A stretch of 64,000 bases of DNA from assembly GCA_002269645.1 (NCBI GenBank), contig NIVC01000639.1:133659-197658 (forward strand). The letters run 5' to 3'. The notes beneath the pieces were generated by a model, which had not been told where the DNA came from, made no database searches, and worked only from the letters and a program-made list of their open reading frames with translations. The stretch comes from Macrostomum lignano. Lineage: Eukaryota. Both the position numbers and the translations under genes were made by a program. Positions 12,533 to 25,756 of the stretch are shown here, piece after piece. Every line of letters starts with the position of its first letter. Positions within the stretch are counted from its first letter, which is position 1.

Positions 12533-12681
12533 GCAGTTTAGCTGTGTACTGGTCTGCAGTTTAGCTGTGTACTGGTCTGCAGTTGAGGTGTGTCCTGGTC
12601 TGTAGTTTAGCTGTATATCAAGATGGTCTGTAGTTTAGCTGTGTACTGGTCTGTAGTTTAGCTGTGTACTGGTCTGCAGTC
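12533..12681. repeat. 23-bp repeat, about 6 copies (agtttagctgtgtactggtctgc)
   Basis: Direct inspection. Confidence 0.85.
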
Positions 12682-13360
12682 TGCCCCTGGCCATTATTAG
12701 CCTAGTTTTACCCTCGGATACTAGAATAACTATTAATTATTCTAATTATTCTAGCATCTGTGGCTTTACCCAGTCAAATAACAAAGCAGACCAAACAAGA
12801 CCAAAAGCAGACCGGGTTGCTTGGCTGCAACGCCAAGAGGGCATTTAAAAAACTGCAGCGGCTGCGTCCTCCAGCGACGCCCGCCCCGATCAGTTCCGGT
12901 GTTATTCCAGTTGAAACAAATATTTAGCATACAGCAGGCAACGGGGTGCTGTGGGAGATGCTCAGCACAAACCACTAAACTGGCAAGCAAGAAACAAACA
13001 GGTGTTCAATTCGAACTTCTGCCCCAACCAATCCGTGAGAATGCTTGAATTCTAGGCAATCAAAAGGGCTGGGAGAACTTTAAAAAACCACCTGCCAGCG
13101 ATGAACAGCGGACTGGGCGAATTGCGATACCCTGGGGCGAACTCGAATAATGAGCCAATGTGAAAGCCATGCGGTCGGTTAGCGGCAAAGCCATGCAGAA
13201 TAGAGATAGAAAATCCTTCTGTAGGAAATCCTTTGAAGCGCTGGCGACCCGGGATGAGGCTGCTTGCATTGATGGAGAGGGCTGTAGGGGGAAGCAGGGT
13301 GAGGAGGTGGAGAGGAAGCCTGGGGGAGAAAATCAAAGGCTGAGTGAAAGAAGGAGAGTG

Positions 13361-13560
13361 AGAGAACGAGAGGGAGGGTGAGAGAACGAGAGGGAGGGTG
13401 AGAGAACGAGAGGGAGGGTGAGAGAACGAGAGGGAGGGTGAGAGAATGAGAGGGAGGGTGAGGAGGATGAGATGCAGAAAAGGAGAGGGGAGGATGAGAG
13501 GGAGAGACTGACAAACTGGGAGAGATTGAGAGGTAGGGTGAGAGATGGGGTGAGACGGGG
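13361..13560. repeat. Purine-rich 20-bp repeat (agagaacgagagggagggtg) decaying into GA-rich sequence
   Basis: About 5 near-exact copies at 13361-13460. Confidence 0.85.
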
Positions 13561-14030
13561 TGTGAGGGTGAAGATAATGAGACACCTGTGAGATGGATGG
13601 CGAGAGTGCAGAGAGCTGAAGGGAAGAGATGAGCAACCGGTGAGATTCAAGCGGTCGCAAGGAAATGCAGGCAGACTGCGAAGCTCCCTCGGGGCTGAAG
13701 GTCGCGAGCTCGAATTCGAAGCGAGGGGGGGCGATTTGAAACAAAATAAAAGCGAAAATCTCTCACGGAGCGGAATAAAATTTATTAATCAAACATGAAT
13801 AGGCAGATCAGTGATTGCTGGTGAATAATTAATAGCATAGTCCAAGGCTATACTAAATTAAACAAACTGGAATTTGCAGGAAGCTGGCAAGGCTGCGTAA
13901 CAGAGAAACAAGAAGCTCTCCTAATAACAGGCATTACAGGCATTACAGGGAATATGCGATTGCCAAGTGCACCAGAATCCAACTCTGAATTGGAATTTAA
14001 AGTAATGCAAACTGCGACAGTGATCTGCTA

Positions 14031-15010
14031 GTGCTGGGATTCGGGATCTGTGCGATGGGATTAGGGATCCGTGCGATGGGATTCGGGATCTGTGCGATGG
14101 GATTAGGGATCTGTGCGATGGGATTTGGGATCTGTGCGATGGGATTTGGGATCTGTGCGATGGGATTTGGGATCTGTGCGATGGGATTAGGGATCTGTGC
14201 GATGGGATTTGGGATCTGTGCGATGGGATTTGGGATCTGTGCGATGGGATTTGGGATCTGTGCGATGGGATTTGGGATCTGTGCGATGGGATTCGGGATC
14301 TGTGCGATGGGATTAGGGATCTGTGCGATGGGATTTGGGATCTGTGCGATGGGATTTGGGATCTGTGTGATGGGATTTGGGATCTGTGCGATGGGATTTG
14401 GGATCTGTGCGATGGGATTTGGGATCTGTGTGAGGGGTTTTGGGATCTGTGTGATGGGATTTGGGATCTGTGTGATGGGATTTGGGATATGTGCGATGGG
14501 ATTTGGGATCTGTGTGATGGGACTTGGGATCCGTGCGATGGGATTAGGGATCTGTGCGATGGGACTTGGGATCCGTGCGATGGGATTTGTGATCTGTGTG
14601 ATTGGATTTAGGATCTGTGCGATGGGATTTGGGATCTGTGTGATTGGATTTGGGATCTGTGCGATGGGATTTGGGATCTGTGTGATTGGATTTGGGATCT
14701 GTGCGATGGGACTTGGGATCTGTGCGATGGGATTTGGGATCTGTGCGATGGGATTTGGGATCCGTGCGATGGGATTTGGCATCTGTGTGATGGGATTTGG
14801 GATCTGTGCGATGGGATTTGGGATCTGTGCGATGGGATTTGGGATCCGTGCGATGGGATTTGGCATCTGTGTGATGGGATTTGGGATCTGTGCGATGGGA
14901 CTTGGGATCTGTGTGAGGGGTTTTGGGATCTGTGCGATGGGATTTTGGATCTGTGCGTTATTTTTCGGGATCTGTGCGATGGGATTTGGGATCCGTGCGA
15001 TGAGATTAGG
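14031..15010. repeat. 21-bp minisatellite (gggatctgtgcgatgggattt), about 46 copies
   Basis: 7-aa periodic ORFs on both strands. Confidence 0.97.
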
Positions 15011-15182
15011 GATGGAAGGAAGAGATTACCCAGGCCCAGGGTAATTGCTTTGTCACTGTGCAGCTTGAATTGGGAACAAACAGTGAAACAGATATTCATT
15101 AAAAAGGAGAAAAGTTTCTAACAATGCAGGCAAAGCCATCAGAATTGAGAATCCAAGCGGAGTCCGCGAGCAGAAAGACGCG

Positions 15183-18100
15183 TCAGAAAGAGTTGTGCTT
15201 CCGGTGGCCGTAGAACTGCTGCCAGCCGGCGCAGCTCGAGTTTCGCCGCTGCCGCCGCTTCCTCTCCTCCATGTAGCGGGAGATCCAGCAGCGGGAGGTC
15301 ACGCTGGACTTTTGTTGCCCGCCGCCTCCCCGCCTGGCGCCTCCGCGACCTGCGGGCGCTTCGATTTTGGTGGTGGCGGCGGCTGCGGCGGCGGGGTCCT
15401 CGCCATCGCTGACGTAGTCCTCTGGGAACTCGGTGCACGGCGGCAGCTCCAGGACCCGGCCGGTGCGCTTGTCCCGGAGGCAGCGGCAGGGCCGGCGGCC
15501 ACGGAATCGGCACTCGTAGCGAATGTCCTCCTGGGTCACCGGCTCCAGCGGGTAGCCGAAACGAACCTGAGTTGGCGGGTCAGGGAGGCAGTGGGTCAGC
15601 TGGATGGTGGGTCAGTGAGTCAGCTTAATGGTGGGGTTAGTCGATCAGCTGGTTGGTGGGTCAGTGGGTCAGCTGGTTGGTGGGTCAGTTCGTCAGCTGG
15701 ATGGTGGGTCAGCTGGATGGTGGGTCAGTGGGTCAGCTGGATGGTGGGTCAGCTGGATGGTAGGTCAGTAGGTCAGCTGGTTTGTAGGCCAGTGGGTCAG
15801 CTAGATGGTGGGGTTAGTGGGTCAGCTGGATGGTGGGTCAGTGTGTCAGCTGGATGGTGGGTCAGCTGGATGGTGGGTCAGTGGGTCAGCTGGATGTTGG
15901 GTCAGTGGGTCAGCCGGATGGTGGGTCAGTGGGTCAGCTGGATGGTGGGTCAGTGGGTTAGCTGGATGGTGGGATTAGTGGGTCAGCAGGATGGTGGGTC
16001 AGTGGGTCAGCTGGATGTTGGGTCAGTGGGTCAGCCGGATGGTGGGTTAGTGGGTCAGCTGGATGGTGGGTCAGTGGGTCAGCCGGATGGTGGGTCAGTG
16101 GGTCAGCTGGATGGTGGGTCAGTGGGTCAACTGGATGGTGGGATTAGTGGGTCAGCTGGATGGTGGGTCAGTGGGTCAGCTGGATGTTGGGTCAGTGGGT
16201 CAGCCGGATGGTGGGTCAGTGGGTCAGCTGGATGGTGGGTCAGTGGGTCAGCTGGATGGTGGGATTAGTGGGTCAGCTGGATGGTGGGTCAGTGGGTCAG
16301 CTGGATGGTGGGATTAGTGGGTCAGCTGGATGGTGGGTCAGTGGGTCAGCTGGATGGTGGGTCAGTGGGTCAGCTAGATGTTTGGTCAGTGGGTCAGATG
16401 GATGGTGGGTCAGCTGAATGGTGGGTCAGCTGAATGGTGGGTCAGCTGGATGTTGGGTCAGCTGGATGGTGGGTCAGTGGGTCAGCTAGATGTTTGGTCA
16501 GTGGGTCAGCTGAATGGTGGGTCAGTGGGTCAGATGGATGGTGGGTCAGCTGAATGGTGGGTCAGCTGAATGGTGGGTCAGCTGGATGTTGGATCAGCTG
16601 GTTGTTGGATCAGTGAGTGATCAGCTGGCTCAAACGACTTGTGGGTCAGCTGAAAAGGTCAGAGCAAACAGAGCCGAGCTCTAACCTGCAGGAAGTAGGG
16701 ATAGGGCACTCGGTTCTGCGAGTGCAGCCACCACAGGGTGAAGGCGTCAACGCCGGACTCCTTGGCCAGCTGCTCCCTGCAGTGGTAGCATCGGGCCGTC
16801 AGGTAGTTGGGCAGGTCAGACCGGCTCAGGTAGTCGCACCTGCGGCAGGCGATAGCGAATTGGGAGTTTCTATGATTCTGACCGCTTGTGCATTGATGAC
16901 TTGAGAATTTAGGATGGCAAAGATGTCAGGAGATGAAATGTAACAATGACAGTTATGGCATACTGACAACACCACAGGAATCGCAGACAAGATGCCTGAT
17001 TACATGACAAGAACCTCAGATTACATGACACGAATCTTGGAACGCATGTCAAGAATCTCAGATTACATGACAAGAATCTCAGATTAAATGACAAGAATGT
17101 CAGATTATATGACAAGAATGTCACATTACATGACAAGAATGTCACATTACATGACAAGAATGTCGGATTACATGACAAGAATGTCAGATTATATGACAAG
17201 AATGTCACATTACATGACAAGAATGTCACATTACATGACAAGAATGTCACAATACATGACAGGAACCTCAGATTACATGACAAAAATGTCACAATACATG
17301 ACAAGAACCTCAGATTACACTACACGGCAAGAATTTCCGGTCCCACTTCCGCAGCAACCAAGCCCCTCACTTGTCATGCCACCGGCACTCCCTGTAGGAC
17401 CGGCAGGTGGGGCCGCAGCCCCAGAACAGCTCGCTAGGCGGGGCCTCCACCGGCACCAGCACGCAGTCGACATCGTCGTGGTTCGGCTGCCTCGGCCCGG
17501 CGCAGATCCTCTCGTAGGTGCAGTCCCGCAGCCTCTGCCGCTCCTCCGCTTCCTGCCTCTGCTTGGCCAGCGCGTCCAGCTTCCTGCTGAGCAGGTCGCA
17601 GTCCAGCTGGTGCGAGAGCAGCGGATTCTGCGGCTGGCCTGGAGCTGCGGCGACGGTGGCAGGGGCGACGGTCGGGGCGGCAGCGGGGGCGGCAGCGGCG
17701 GTGGGAGGAGCGGCGGCAGTGGGCGCGGCGGACACGGGCGGCGAGCCCCGGTTGTTGCCGCCGCCAGAGCTGCCAGCGCCGCCGCCATTGCCGCCGCCGC
17801 CGGCCGGGTAGTCACGGCTGGCCTGGCGGGAGGTGCCCGTCCGCTCGCCGCTGCTCTGCGTGTCCAACTGCTGCTGAGGCTGCGGCTGCGGGCTGGGCGG
17901 CTGGGCCCAGCCGAGCTTGGTGCACAGCTCCTGGTAGTCGCGGACCCGCCCGTTTTGAGTCGGATGGCCCAGGAATGCGAATGCGATGCGCCTGGCCAGG
18001 GCCTCTTCGTCCTGAGTGCCGCACACCTGCGGGCGAGGGGAGGAGAGTCGGAAGTGCGGCTGGCTGCATCGGGATGCTGGATTTTGGGAGGCAGGGTTCG

Positions 18101-21100
18101 GAACACTTGGAATATTTGGGATCAGTGTCCCTGGGATATTTGGGATCAGAGTCCCTGGGATATTTGGGATCAGAGTCCTGGGAATTTGGGATCAGAATCT
18201 TTGGGATATTTGGGATCGGAGTCTCTGGGATATTTGGGATCAGAGTCCCTGGGATATTTGGGATCAGAATCTTTGGGATATTTGGGATCAGAATCTTTGG
18301 GATATTTGGGATCGGAGTCTCTGGGATATTTGGGATCAGAATCCCTGGGATATTTGGGATCAGAATCTTTGGGATATTTGGGATCAGAATCTTTGGGATA
18401 TTTGGGATCAGAATCCCTGGGATATTTGGGATCAGAATCCCTGCGATTATTGGGATCAAAAGCCATGGGATACTTGGGATAAAACTCCTCTTGGATACTG
18501 AGGAACACCCCAGCCGAGTGGCGCAGGTTGCCACCCACCTGGTCCTCAACAAACTGCCTGGCGATGGCCCTGGGCTGGCAGTAGCGCTGCTCAGTCAGCT
18601 GCACATTCACGTTGCGCAGGATGTGCCGCTCGTCAAACCAGACCTTCAGATGGCAGTTCCAGCGGCCGAGTCCGATGTACTGCAGCTCGGTGTCCAGGAA
18701 CTGCAGGCTCTCCTGCCTGTCCTGGGCCGGCGGGCCGTGCAGCCGCTCCAACTCGCGCAGGTCCAGCAGCGAACGCTTGCCGTCCTCAGCCTCTTCTTCA
18801 TCCTCGTCTTCGACCTCGTCGTCGATCAGCTCGCCGGCGTTAGCAGCCGCGGCGGCCGAGGCGGAGGCGTCGACGGCTGGCGCTGCCGCGGCCGTCTCGA
18901 TGACTTCGTTAGCGGAGGCGACAGCGGCCTGAGGCGCGGCCAATGAAGCTGCTGCTGCAGAGTCCGTGACATCGGCGCCGTTCGTTGCGGCACCAGGCAT
19001 GGCGCCACCGGCAGCACCGCTGTCGACGGGGACGCAGCCAACGCCACCGCCGCCGGCGTGCTCTGCGACCGCGGCGCTGCCGCTGCCGAGACACGGCACG
19101 ATGGCCACGGCGGCTGCGGACTTCTGCGGTGGTGGCGGGTGAATGAGACAACTGCTATCAGATGGCTGAGTCAATATCTCAGTTGCAGCGGATCTACATG
19201 TAGAGATCTCAGGAGAGATTCATTGAGATGGATTCATCTTAAATGAGACAGCTCAAGAGCTTTTGGTCTCCATGGAGATTAGCTGCGGCAAACAGAGGGA
19301 TGTCACTGTCACTGAGGGTCAGATCTCAGGAGAGATATTTGGAGAGTCAAGTCTCAGGAGAGATATTCGCAGAGTCAAGCCTCAGGTGAGATATTTGGAG
19401 AGTCAAGTCTCAGGTCAGATATTCGGAGTCAAGTCTCAGGTGAGATATTTGGAGAGTCCAGTCTCAGGTGAGATATTTGGAGAGTCAAGTGTCAGGTGAG
19501 ATATTCGGAGGAGAGTCAAGTCTCAGGTGAGATATTCGGAGGAGAGTCAAGTCTCAGGTGAGATATTCGGAGGAGAGTCAAGTCTCAGATGTCTCACCTG
19601 CGCAATGTCCTCCTCCGCAACGGAGCCGGGCCAGGTGGCGCAGCGGTTGCCCAGCATGCCCTGTCCGCCCGCCGTCGCGGGCGTCGCTGCTTCGTCAATG
19701 CCGCCGGCGCCCGCGCCGCCAGCAAGGGAGATGCCGCCGCTCATGATTGGCTGGCCGCTGCTGCTGACAAGGACGCAGCCGCCGGAGACCTCAAAGCCGC
19801 CGGCGACGCTGTCGACGCCCCCCTGGCCGGAGGAAGCGGCGGTGGTGGCCGAGGCCAGGCTGGTGTAGTCCGAGGCCTCCGAGCAGCGGCAGTAGACAGC
19901 GTCAGACAGCGTCCTGGCCGGGTCCTTCGGCCGCTTCAGGTGCGGCTTGCCGTCGAGCATGTGCACCTCGTCGCGATCGCCGAAGCCAAAGATCGGGTGG
20001 AAGCCGTTCTTAACGTCTTCCAAGAACTTGCAGTTCAGCGTGTGGCAGATCAGGTCCTTGTACAGCCGCTCACGCACCTGGCCGGCTCTCCGCATCTCCA
20101 CCATCACCGTGTCGTTCTCGAACCTGGCGAAGGCGGCGACATGTGCAACTGATCTAGCACTCACTGACACTGATCTAGCACTCACTGACACTGATCTAGC
20201 ACTCACTGCCACTGATCTAGCACTCACTGACACTGATCTAGCACTCACTGTCACTGATCTAGCACTCACTGACACTGATCTAGCACTCACTGTCACTGAT
20301 CTATCACTCACTGACACTGATCTAGCACTCACTGTCACTGATCGCACTGCAACAGAGCCAACCGCACTGACCTCTCCAGCATCTGGTCCAGCTGCTCCCG
20401 CATGGCCTTGTGGTCCAGGTTGGGCGGCAGGTGGCCGATGTAGGCCCTGGCAGCGAAGACGTCCAGCTTGGGCACTACGAACACGGCGGGGTGTCTGTAC
20501 AGGTGCCACCAGGTGTGCCGCTGGCCCGGGTCCGTGTGCAGGCAGCCTTTGATGAAGTCTTTGGTGACGGGGCTGCTCACCTTCCGCAGCATGGCCTCAA
20601 TGCGGTCTTCCGAGTTGGGGATCAGGTCGTCCTTCCGCTCCCAGACGGCCAGCTCAAGAGCGATGACTCCAAGTGCGTAGATGTCCACCGCGGGGGTGAT
20701 CTTGCAGGCGGCGTCCGCGTACTCGGGGGCCAGGTAGTGCTTCACGGTCACGAACTTGGACCGGTCACGGTTCGCCTTCGGGTTCAGCAGGTCGTCCATG
20801 GCCATCGTGCCCACCTGGGTGCGGGTGCGAATCAGTGACACCCGTCAGCGGCCACGTCTGAACCACGATTCACAACTGGTCAGTCTCCAATCTGCCTAAT
20901 CCGATCCTTTGGTCAGTCACCAATCTACCTAATCCGACCCTTTGGTCAGTCACCAATCTACCTAATCCGACCCTTTGGTCATTCACCAATCTACCTAATC
21001 CGACCCTTTGGTCAGTCACTAATCTACCTAATCCGACCCTTTGGTCAGTCACCAATCTGCCTAATCCGACCCTTTGGTCAGTCACCAATCTACCTAATCC

Positions 21101-22805
21101 GACCCTTTGGTCAGTCACTAATCTACCTAATCCGACCCTTTGGTCAGTCACCAATCTGCCTAATCCGACCCTTTGGTCAGTCACTAATCTACCTAATCCG
21201 ACCCTTTGGTCAGTCACCAATCTGCCTAATCCGACCCTTTGGTCAGTCACCAATCTACCTAATCCGACCCTTTGGTCAGTCATCAATCTAACTAATCCGA
21301 CCCTTTGGTCAGTCACCAATCTGCCTAATCCGACCCTTTGGTCAGTCACCAATCTACCTAATCCGACCCTTTGGTCAGTCACCAATCTACCTAATCCGAC
21401 CCTTTGGTCAGTCACCAATCTACCTAATCCGACCCTTTGGTCAGTCATCAATCTAACTAATCCGACCCTTTGGTCAGTCACCAATCTACCTAATCCGACC
21501 CTTTGGTCAGTCACCAATCTACCTAATCAGACCCTTGACCCACAACTGTTGTCATTCTCGAACCAACCCTTATCTAGCTTAAAAGGTTCTCAGCCGCTAG
21601 CTCACCTTCAGATTGCCGCTCTTCTGCTGGTAGTGGATGGTCTCGCTGGTCAGATTGCCGTGTGTGAGGCCCAGCTCAAGAAAGAACTTGAGCACAGACA
21701 GCAGGTTGGCCATGCAGCGCTGCCAGATCGCCCGGCTTCGGGTTGTGTTGCTCATGAACTGCTTCAGGGTGCCTTCCTCGGTGCGCTCGGTAATAAGCAC
21801 GAGCTTGGCGCCCCGGTCCTCCAGCTCGGTGATCCAGTAGTCAAGGTAGCGCACCATGTTGGGGTGGTGCTTCCTGTTCAGCCGCTTCATCGTGTTGGTG
21901 AACCTGTGACGCAGCGCCTCGCTCACCTGCTCCTCCTGCGGGGATGTCAGAGACAGGGTGGGAGAGGGAATGTCAGTCAGGGTGGGAGAGGGGATGTCAG
22001 TCAGGGTGGGAGAGGGGATGTCAGTCAGGGTGGGAGAGGGGATGTCAGTCAGGGTGGGAGCAGGGGTGTCAGTCAGGGTGGGAGAGGGGGTGTCAGTCAG
22101 GGTGGGAGAGGGGATGTCAGTCAGGGTGGGAGAGGGGATGTCAGTCAGGGTGGGAGAGGGGATGTCAGAGTCAGGGTGGGAGAGGGGATGTCAGTCAGGG
22201 TGGGAGAGGGGATGTCAGTCAGGGTGGGAGAGGGGATGTCAGTCAGGGTGGGAGAGGGGATGTCAGTCAGGGTGGGAGAGGGGATGTCAAAAGGTCAGGG
22301 CGTCAAAGGGGTGTCAAAGGGTGTAAAACGGTCGGGAGGCAAGGCAAAAGCCGGGCTAATCAGGCCGCACCTTGAGTATAATCTCATTCCAGATGACGTC
22401 CTTGCCGACCCGCTGGTCGATGGCCAGGTAGGAGCCGGTGACCCCGGGCGCGTGCCTGGGCAGCCGGTTGTTCCGCTTGGCCCAGCGCTCGTTGTGCGAC
22501 CGCTCGATGATTTTGTCCTCCTCCTCCTCCTCCTCGTCTTCGTCGTCTCGCTGGTCGTCGTCCTCGTCGTCATCGTCCTCCGCGTCTGCCGGCTGCTGCT
22601 GCCCGCCGCCAGAATCGGCTGGCGGCGGCTCCGAGCCGGCTGGCAGTTCAGCCGCAGCCTCCGCCTCCGGCCTGGCCTGAGTTGATGATGAAGCTTTCAG
22701 CGGCTCAGCCGGCGGGGCGTCCGAGTAGCCGCTGGTGCCGACAGACTGGGAGGCGGTGGACTTCAGCTGGCGCTGCTGGGAGCTGCTGTCAGCCGGGTCG
22801 GTCAT
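15183..22805 (-). CDS. NRBP: Nuclear receptor-binding protein (NRBP/Madm)-like pseudokinase with long C-terminal extension, 8 exons, 1170 aa
   Basis: Exons 22805-22371, 21935-21606, 20814-20372, 20123-19598, 19123-18539, 18026-17371, 16839-16686, 15566-15183 total 3513 nt, all GT-AG with consistent phase. NRBP hallmarks: acidic tract, YLAID...GKDVIWNE, HPNMVRYLDYW, LVLITE, HGNLTSETI (no HRD), APEY, AVDIYALG..ALE, KDFIKGCL..DP..R....L..HPAVF.VPKL. Confidence 0.88.
15590..16640. repeat. NRBP intron 7 minisatellite, about 24-bp unit (gtgggtcagctggatggtgggtca)
   Basis: 8-aa periodic ORFs (VGQLDGGS / GSAGWWVS). Confidence 0.95.
16985..17325. repeat. NRBP intron 6 minisatellite, 21-bp unit (atgacaagaatgtcacattac)
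   Basis: MTRMSHY periodicity. Confidence 0.95.
18105..18480. repeat. NRBP intron 5 minisatellite, 24-bp unit (gggatcagaatctttgggatattt)
   Basis: GIFGIRIP / DSDPKYPK periodicity. Confidence 0.95.
19315..19590. repeat. NRBP intron 4 minisatellite, 26-31-bp unit (ctcaggtgagatatttggagagtcaagt)
   Basis: Direct inspection; variable unit length. Confidence 0.9.
20148..20342. repeat. NRBP intron 3 minisatellite, 21-bp unit (actgatctagcactcactgac)
   Basis: TDTDLAL periodicity. Confidence 0.95.
20872..21535. repeat. NRBP intron 2 minisatellite, 33-bp unit, about 20 copies
   Basis: VTDQRVGLGRL periodicity. Confidence 0.97.
21945..22290. repeat. NRBP intron 1 minisatellite, 24-bp unit (gtcagggtgggagaggggatgtca)
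   Basis: SGWERGCQ periodicity. Confidence 0.95.
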
Positions 22806-25756
22806 GGCTGTCAGACTTGTCAGCCCTGGCTCTGAATGCAGCAATTGAGATTGCAGCTCAGTTCGATTGGATAAATTTGTCAGGTGAGGGGATCAGATTT
22901 ATGGCTGTTATTGGATGATGGGATTAGTATGACAGCTTACATCACAGGATAGAATACAAGATATGCAGCTCAGTAAAATTTATGGTAGTCTCCATGGCCA
23001 AGGGAGTCGAGATTTTAGAGAAACACTATCTATAATAAAGGGCTTATTGGGATGGCACTGCACTGCAGAAATCATACATGCAATAGGGATACTTAAAGTA
23101 TCATGACTTTCAAAGTTGTGTTTTCAAATTAGGCCTTAGATGTGATTTTGTATAATATATCCTAGTGCTAGCAAAAAATCCTAAAATAGGTTTTAAAGTT
23201 ATTTTTATGCAATAAATATGCTATAAAAATTAACTTTCTAAATTGCATCCTGAAATTGGACCTTATTAATACCATCTTGCACCTTGAAGACATGTATACT
23301 GAAAATTTTAGGGTATACTGTACTCAAGAAACTTGGTGTACATATTAGTGCACAAAAAGTGATTTTGGGCTTTTGGTATAAATATTTTATATTTTGGTGT
23401 GACATATACCAAAACTTAAAAAATTACATTATCAATAATAGTCACTATAGTTGTCTATGTATATAAAATTGATAACTAATAATTTTGATAACTATTTTGT
23501 GACAAACTAATCTAGTGTAGCATAGTGGTCCATAGCAGAACAAGAACAAATAGAATAGAATATGTAAGTAGTAATCCAAGATGCAATATATTTAGCTTGT
23601 TGAGTTGGGCAAGATCCCAGAATCACCAGGATCCTAAGATCCTGGAATCCTAAGATCCTTTTTGTTAGTGTTTGGGATCCCAGGATTAGGGGTCCAAGAT
23701 CCTGGTAAACATGGGATTGGAATTTACACTTTGTAGAAATGAATTTTTTGTCTTGCAGTTAGCATTTAACAGTTTTGAGAGAATTTTTGCATCCTGAGAA
23801 TGAAGTTATAGAATGAAAGACAGTAGGAATATCAATCAACTATATCAAGCACTACTAGTTACTAGACTAAGGGTCTAGTCTAGACTCTGTCTAAGTGGTG
23901 ATGGCCTAGATACTAGGCCCACTGGCCCAGGCCCTATCGTAGGGCAAGCGTAGCTAAGGAAATTGGGCAGAAAAAGGGTGGGTAGAGACTGGGTTCTGAG
24001 TCTAAGCATCTGTGTGTGTGTGAGGTGGTCTATATTGGAGGCAGAGAGAGGCACCAGCGCAGCGTATATAGTCCTAATCTGAGGGGAAAAGGTATAGTTT
24101 AGTATTTATGCACAACTAACAACTGACTTCAACTATTCTATCAATGCAGTATACACTAGAAATAGAAAAAAGAAACACAAATGATGCTCGAATTGGCTGA
24201 GAAATTTGTTTTGTGGACAATAGAAAGCTTCCTGTAAATTTGTTTGTTCAATCCCAGGATTGGCCCAGAATCTTGGGATTTGGTAAATTTTTTGTCTAGG
24301 ATCCTAGGATTATAAAATTCCAGGATTTGGGACCCCTACATAGTAATTTACTAATAGTAAAAACAGTGAAATTTCACAACTATATCAACCCTATTACAAT
24401 TTAATGCAAAACTGACTTCTATGTTTTTACAAAGTAAAGATTTGAAATTTCTAACAAAAATGCATAAATTTTACTTTACTATTTTACTATATAAATAAAA
24501 CACTATAGCTTTTTAGTTTTTAGTTTTTCTAATTAAAACTAAATATTAGATTCAAAATTATTAGTCCATTAGTAACCTTTCAAAATTGACAAATTAGAGC
24601 TTTGTATAAGATATTATATATAGCCTATATTAAAAAAATTCATATAGGACACAATGGCAATGTTCTAAGTATTTAATAACTTAATAAGCCTAACTTTACT
24701 TTTTGCTTTGTTTGACTTGGTATAATAGTTTAGTAATAATTTGATTAGTATTTTTTTCAATATATTATATTACAATATATATTTACTGGTCCCAGGTCAA
24801 TTCGGTGACAAGACATTTCGGTGACAACAACTTCGGTGACAACTTGGGACGTTTCGGTGACACCAGTGGTCAATTCGGTGACAAGCTTTAGACTTGATTT
24901 GACTATTTTTCGTTGTTAAATATTAAAATATATAGCTGTTAATATAAACTCTTATTAAAGTAATAAAGGTTCGTATGTTATCTGCATTTATTATTTTGTT
25001 TGAGTGCGTTTCGAGGCATAACATTTACAGCGCGCACTTAATTTTATCCATACTTTTAATTTTTCAACCCAAGTCAATGACAATTGATTATTAGATTTTT
25101 TGTACTACATCTACGTGTACATGTAAACTTACTTAAAATAATACTTAAAAGCCATTGAACAAGTTTAGAAAACAACTGTATACCTATAGCGTAGCTTATG
25201 ACTGTACATATGTTTATGTTATGTGCTAATTCAGGGACTATAAGGCAAGGAGCGCCAATAGGGGCGGACCCGCGGATAGAGCTTGATAGAACTTATTGAG
25301 CCCCCAAAAACCTAAGTTTGCACCCTTTAAACTAGATTTTTCGCCTCCTACGCATTTTTGTACCCCTAGCTTAAAAATTGGCGCCCCTCATACTCATGAG
25401 GTGCCAACATATGTTGGCGCCCAAAACTTGGACTGAAGCCCCCGCCCCCTCCCCCTTTGATGTATTGTCAAAGGCTATATAGCTTTTTCTTGGTGTCTGA
25501 TTTTCGTAAACAAATTTATTGTGGTTACTAACTTTAATCAAGCTATTTCAAAGCAATTAGTTACAGTACAGTGCAAGTATATGAATCGATAGTATAGTAA
25601 TAATGAGCTGAATGATAGTTCAGTTATTTAGCAGTGTATTTTAGTAAGGACAGAGAAGCAGTACACATATTTGCACCAAAAAGGCGTCAACACAAGTCGA
25701 TACAACATGTACAGTACAGTATTTAATATAATGAGTATACGAATCAGAATGAGTAA

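Noticed and set aside
13052-13744. 230-aa minus-strand ORF as a gene
   Set aside because: No ATG start, the middle is a CT-rich repeat, and no recognisable domain.
19315-19590. CTCAG|GTGAG splice-site motif in every unit of the intron 4 array as a tandem-exon system
   Set aside because: It is on the strand opposite the host gene, with no evidence of a plus-strand transcript.
10582-22685. Long periodic ORFs (e.g. 10582-11886, 11066-12157, 13997-15044, 15195-16268, 20870-21517) as repeat proteins
   Set aside because: They arise from 3n-unit minisatellites lying inside GT-AG introns of phase-consistent genes, and they are open on both strands and in several frames.
23570-24338. MITE with TAGGGGTCC ends and GGATCC-rich subtermini
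   Set aside because: Inverted ends are visible (23687 and 24338) but no TSD could be matched and the left boundary is ambiguous.
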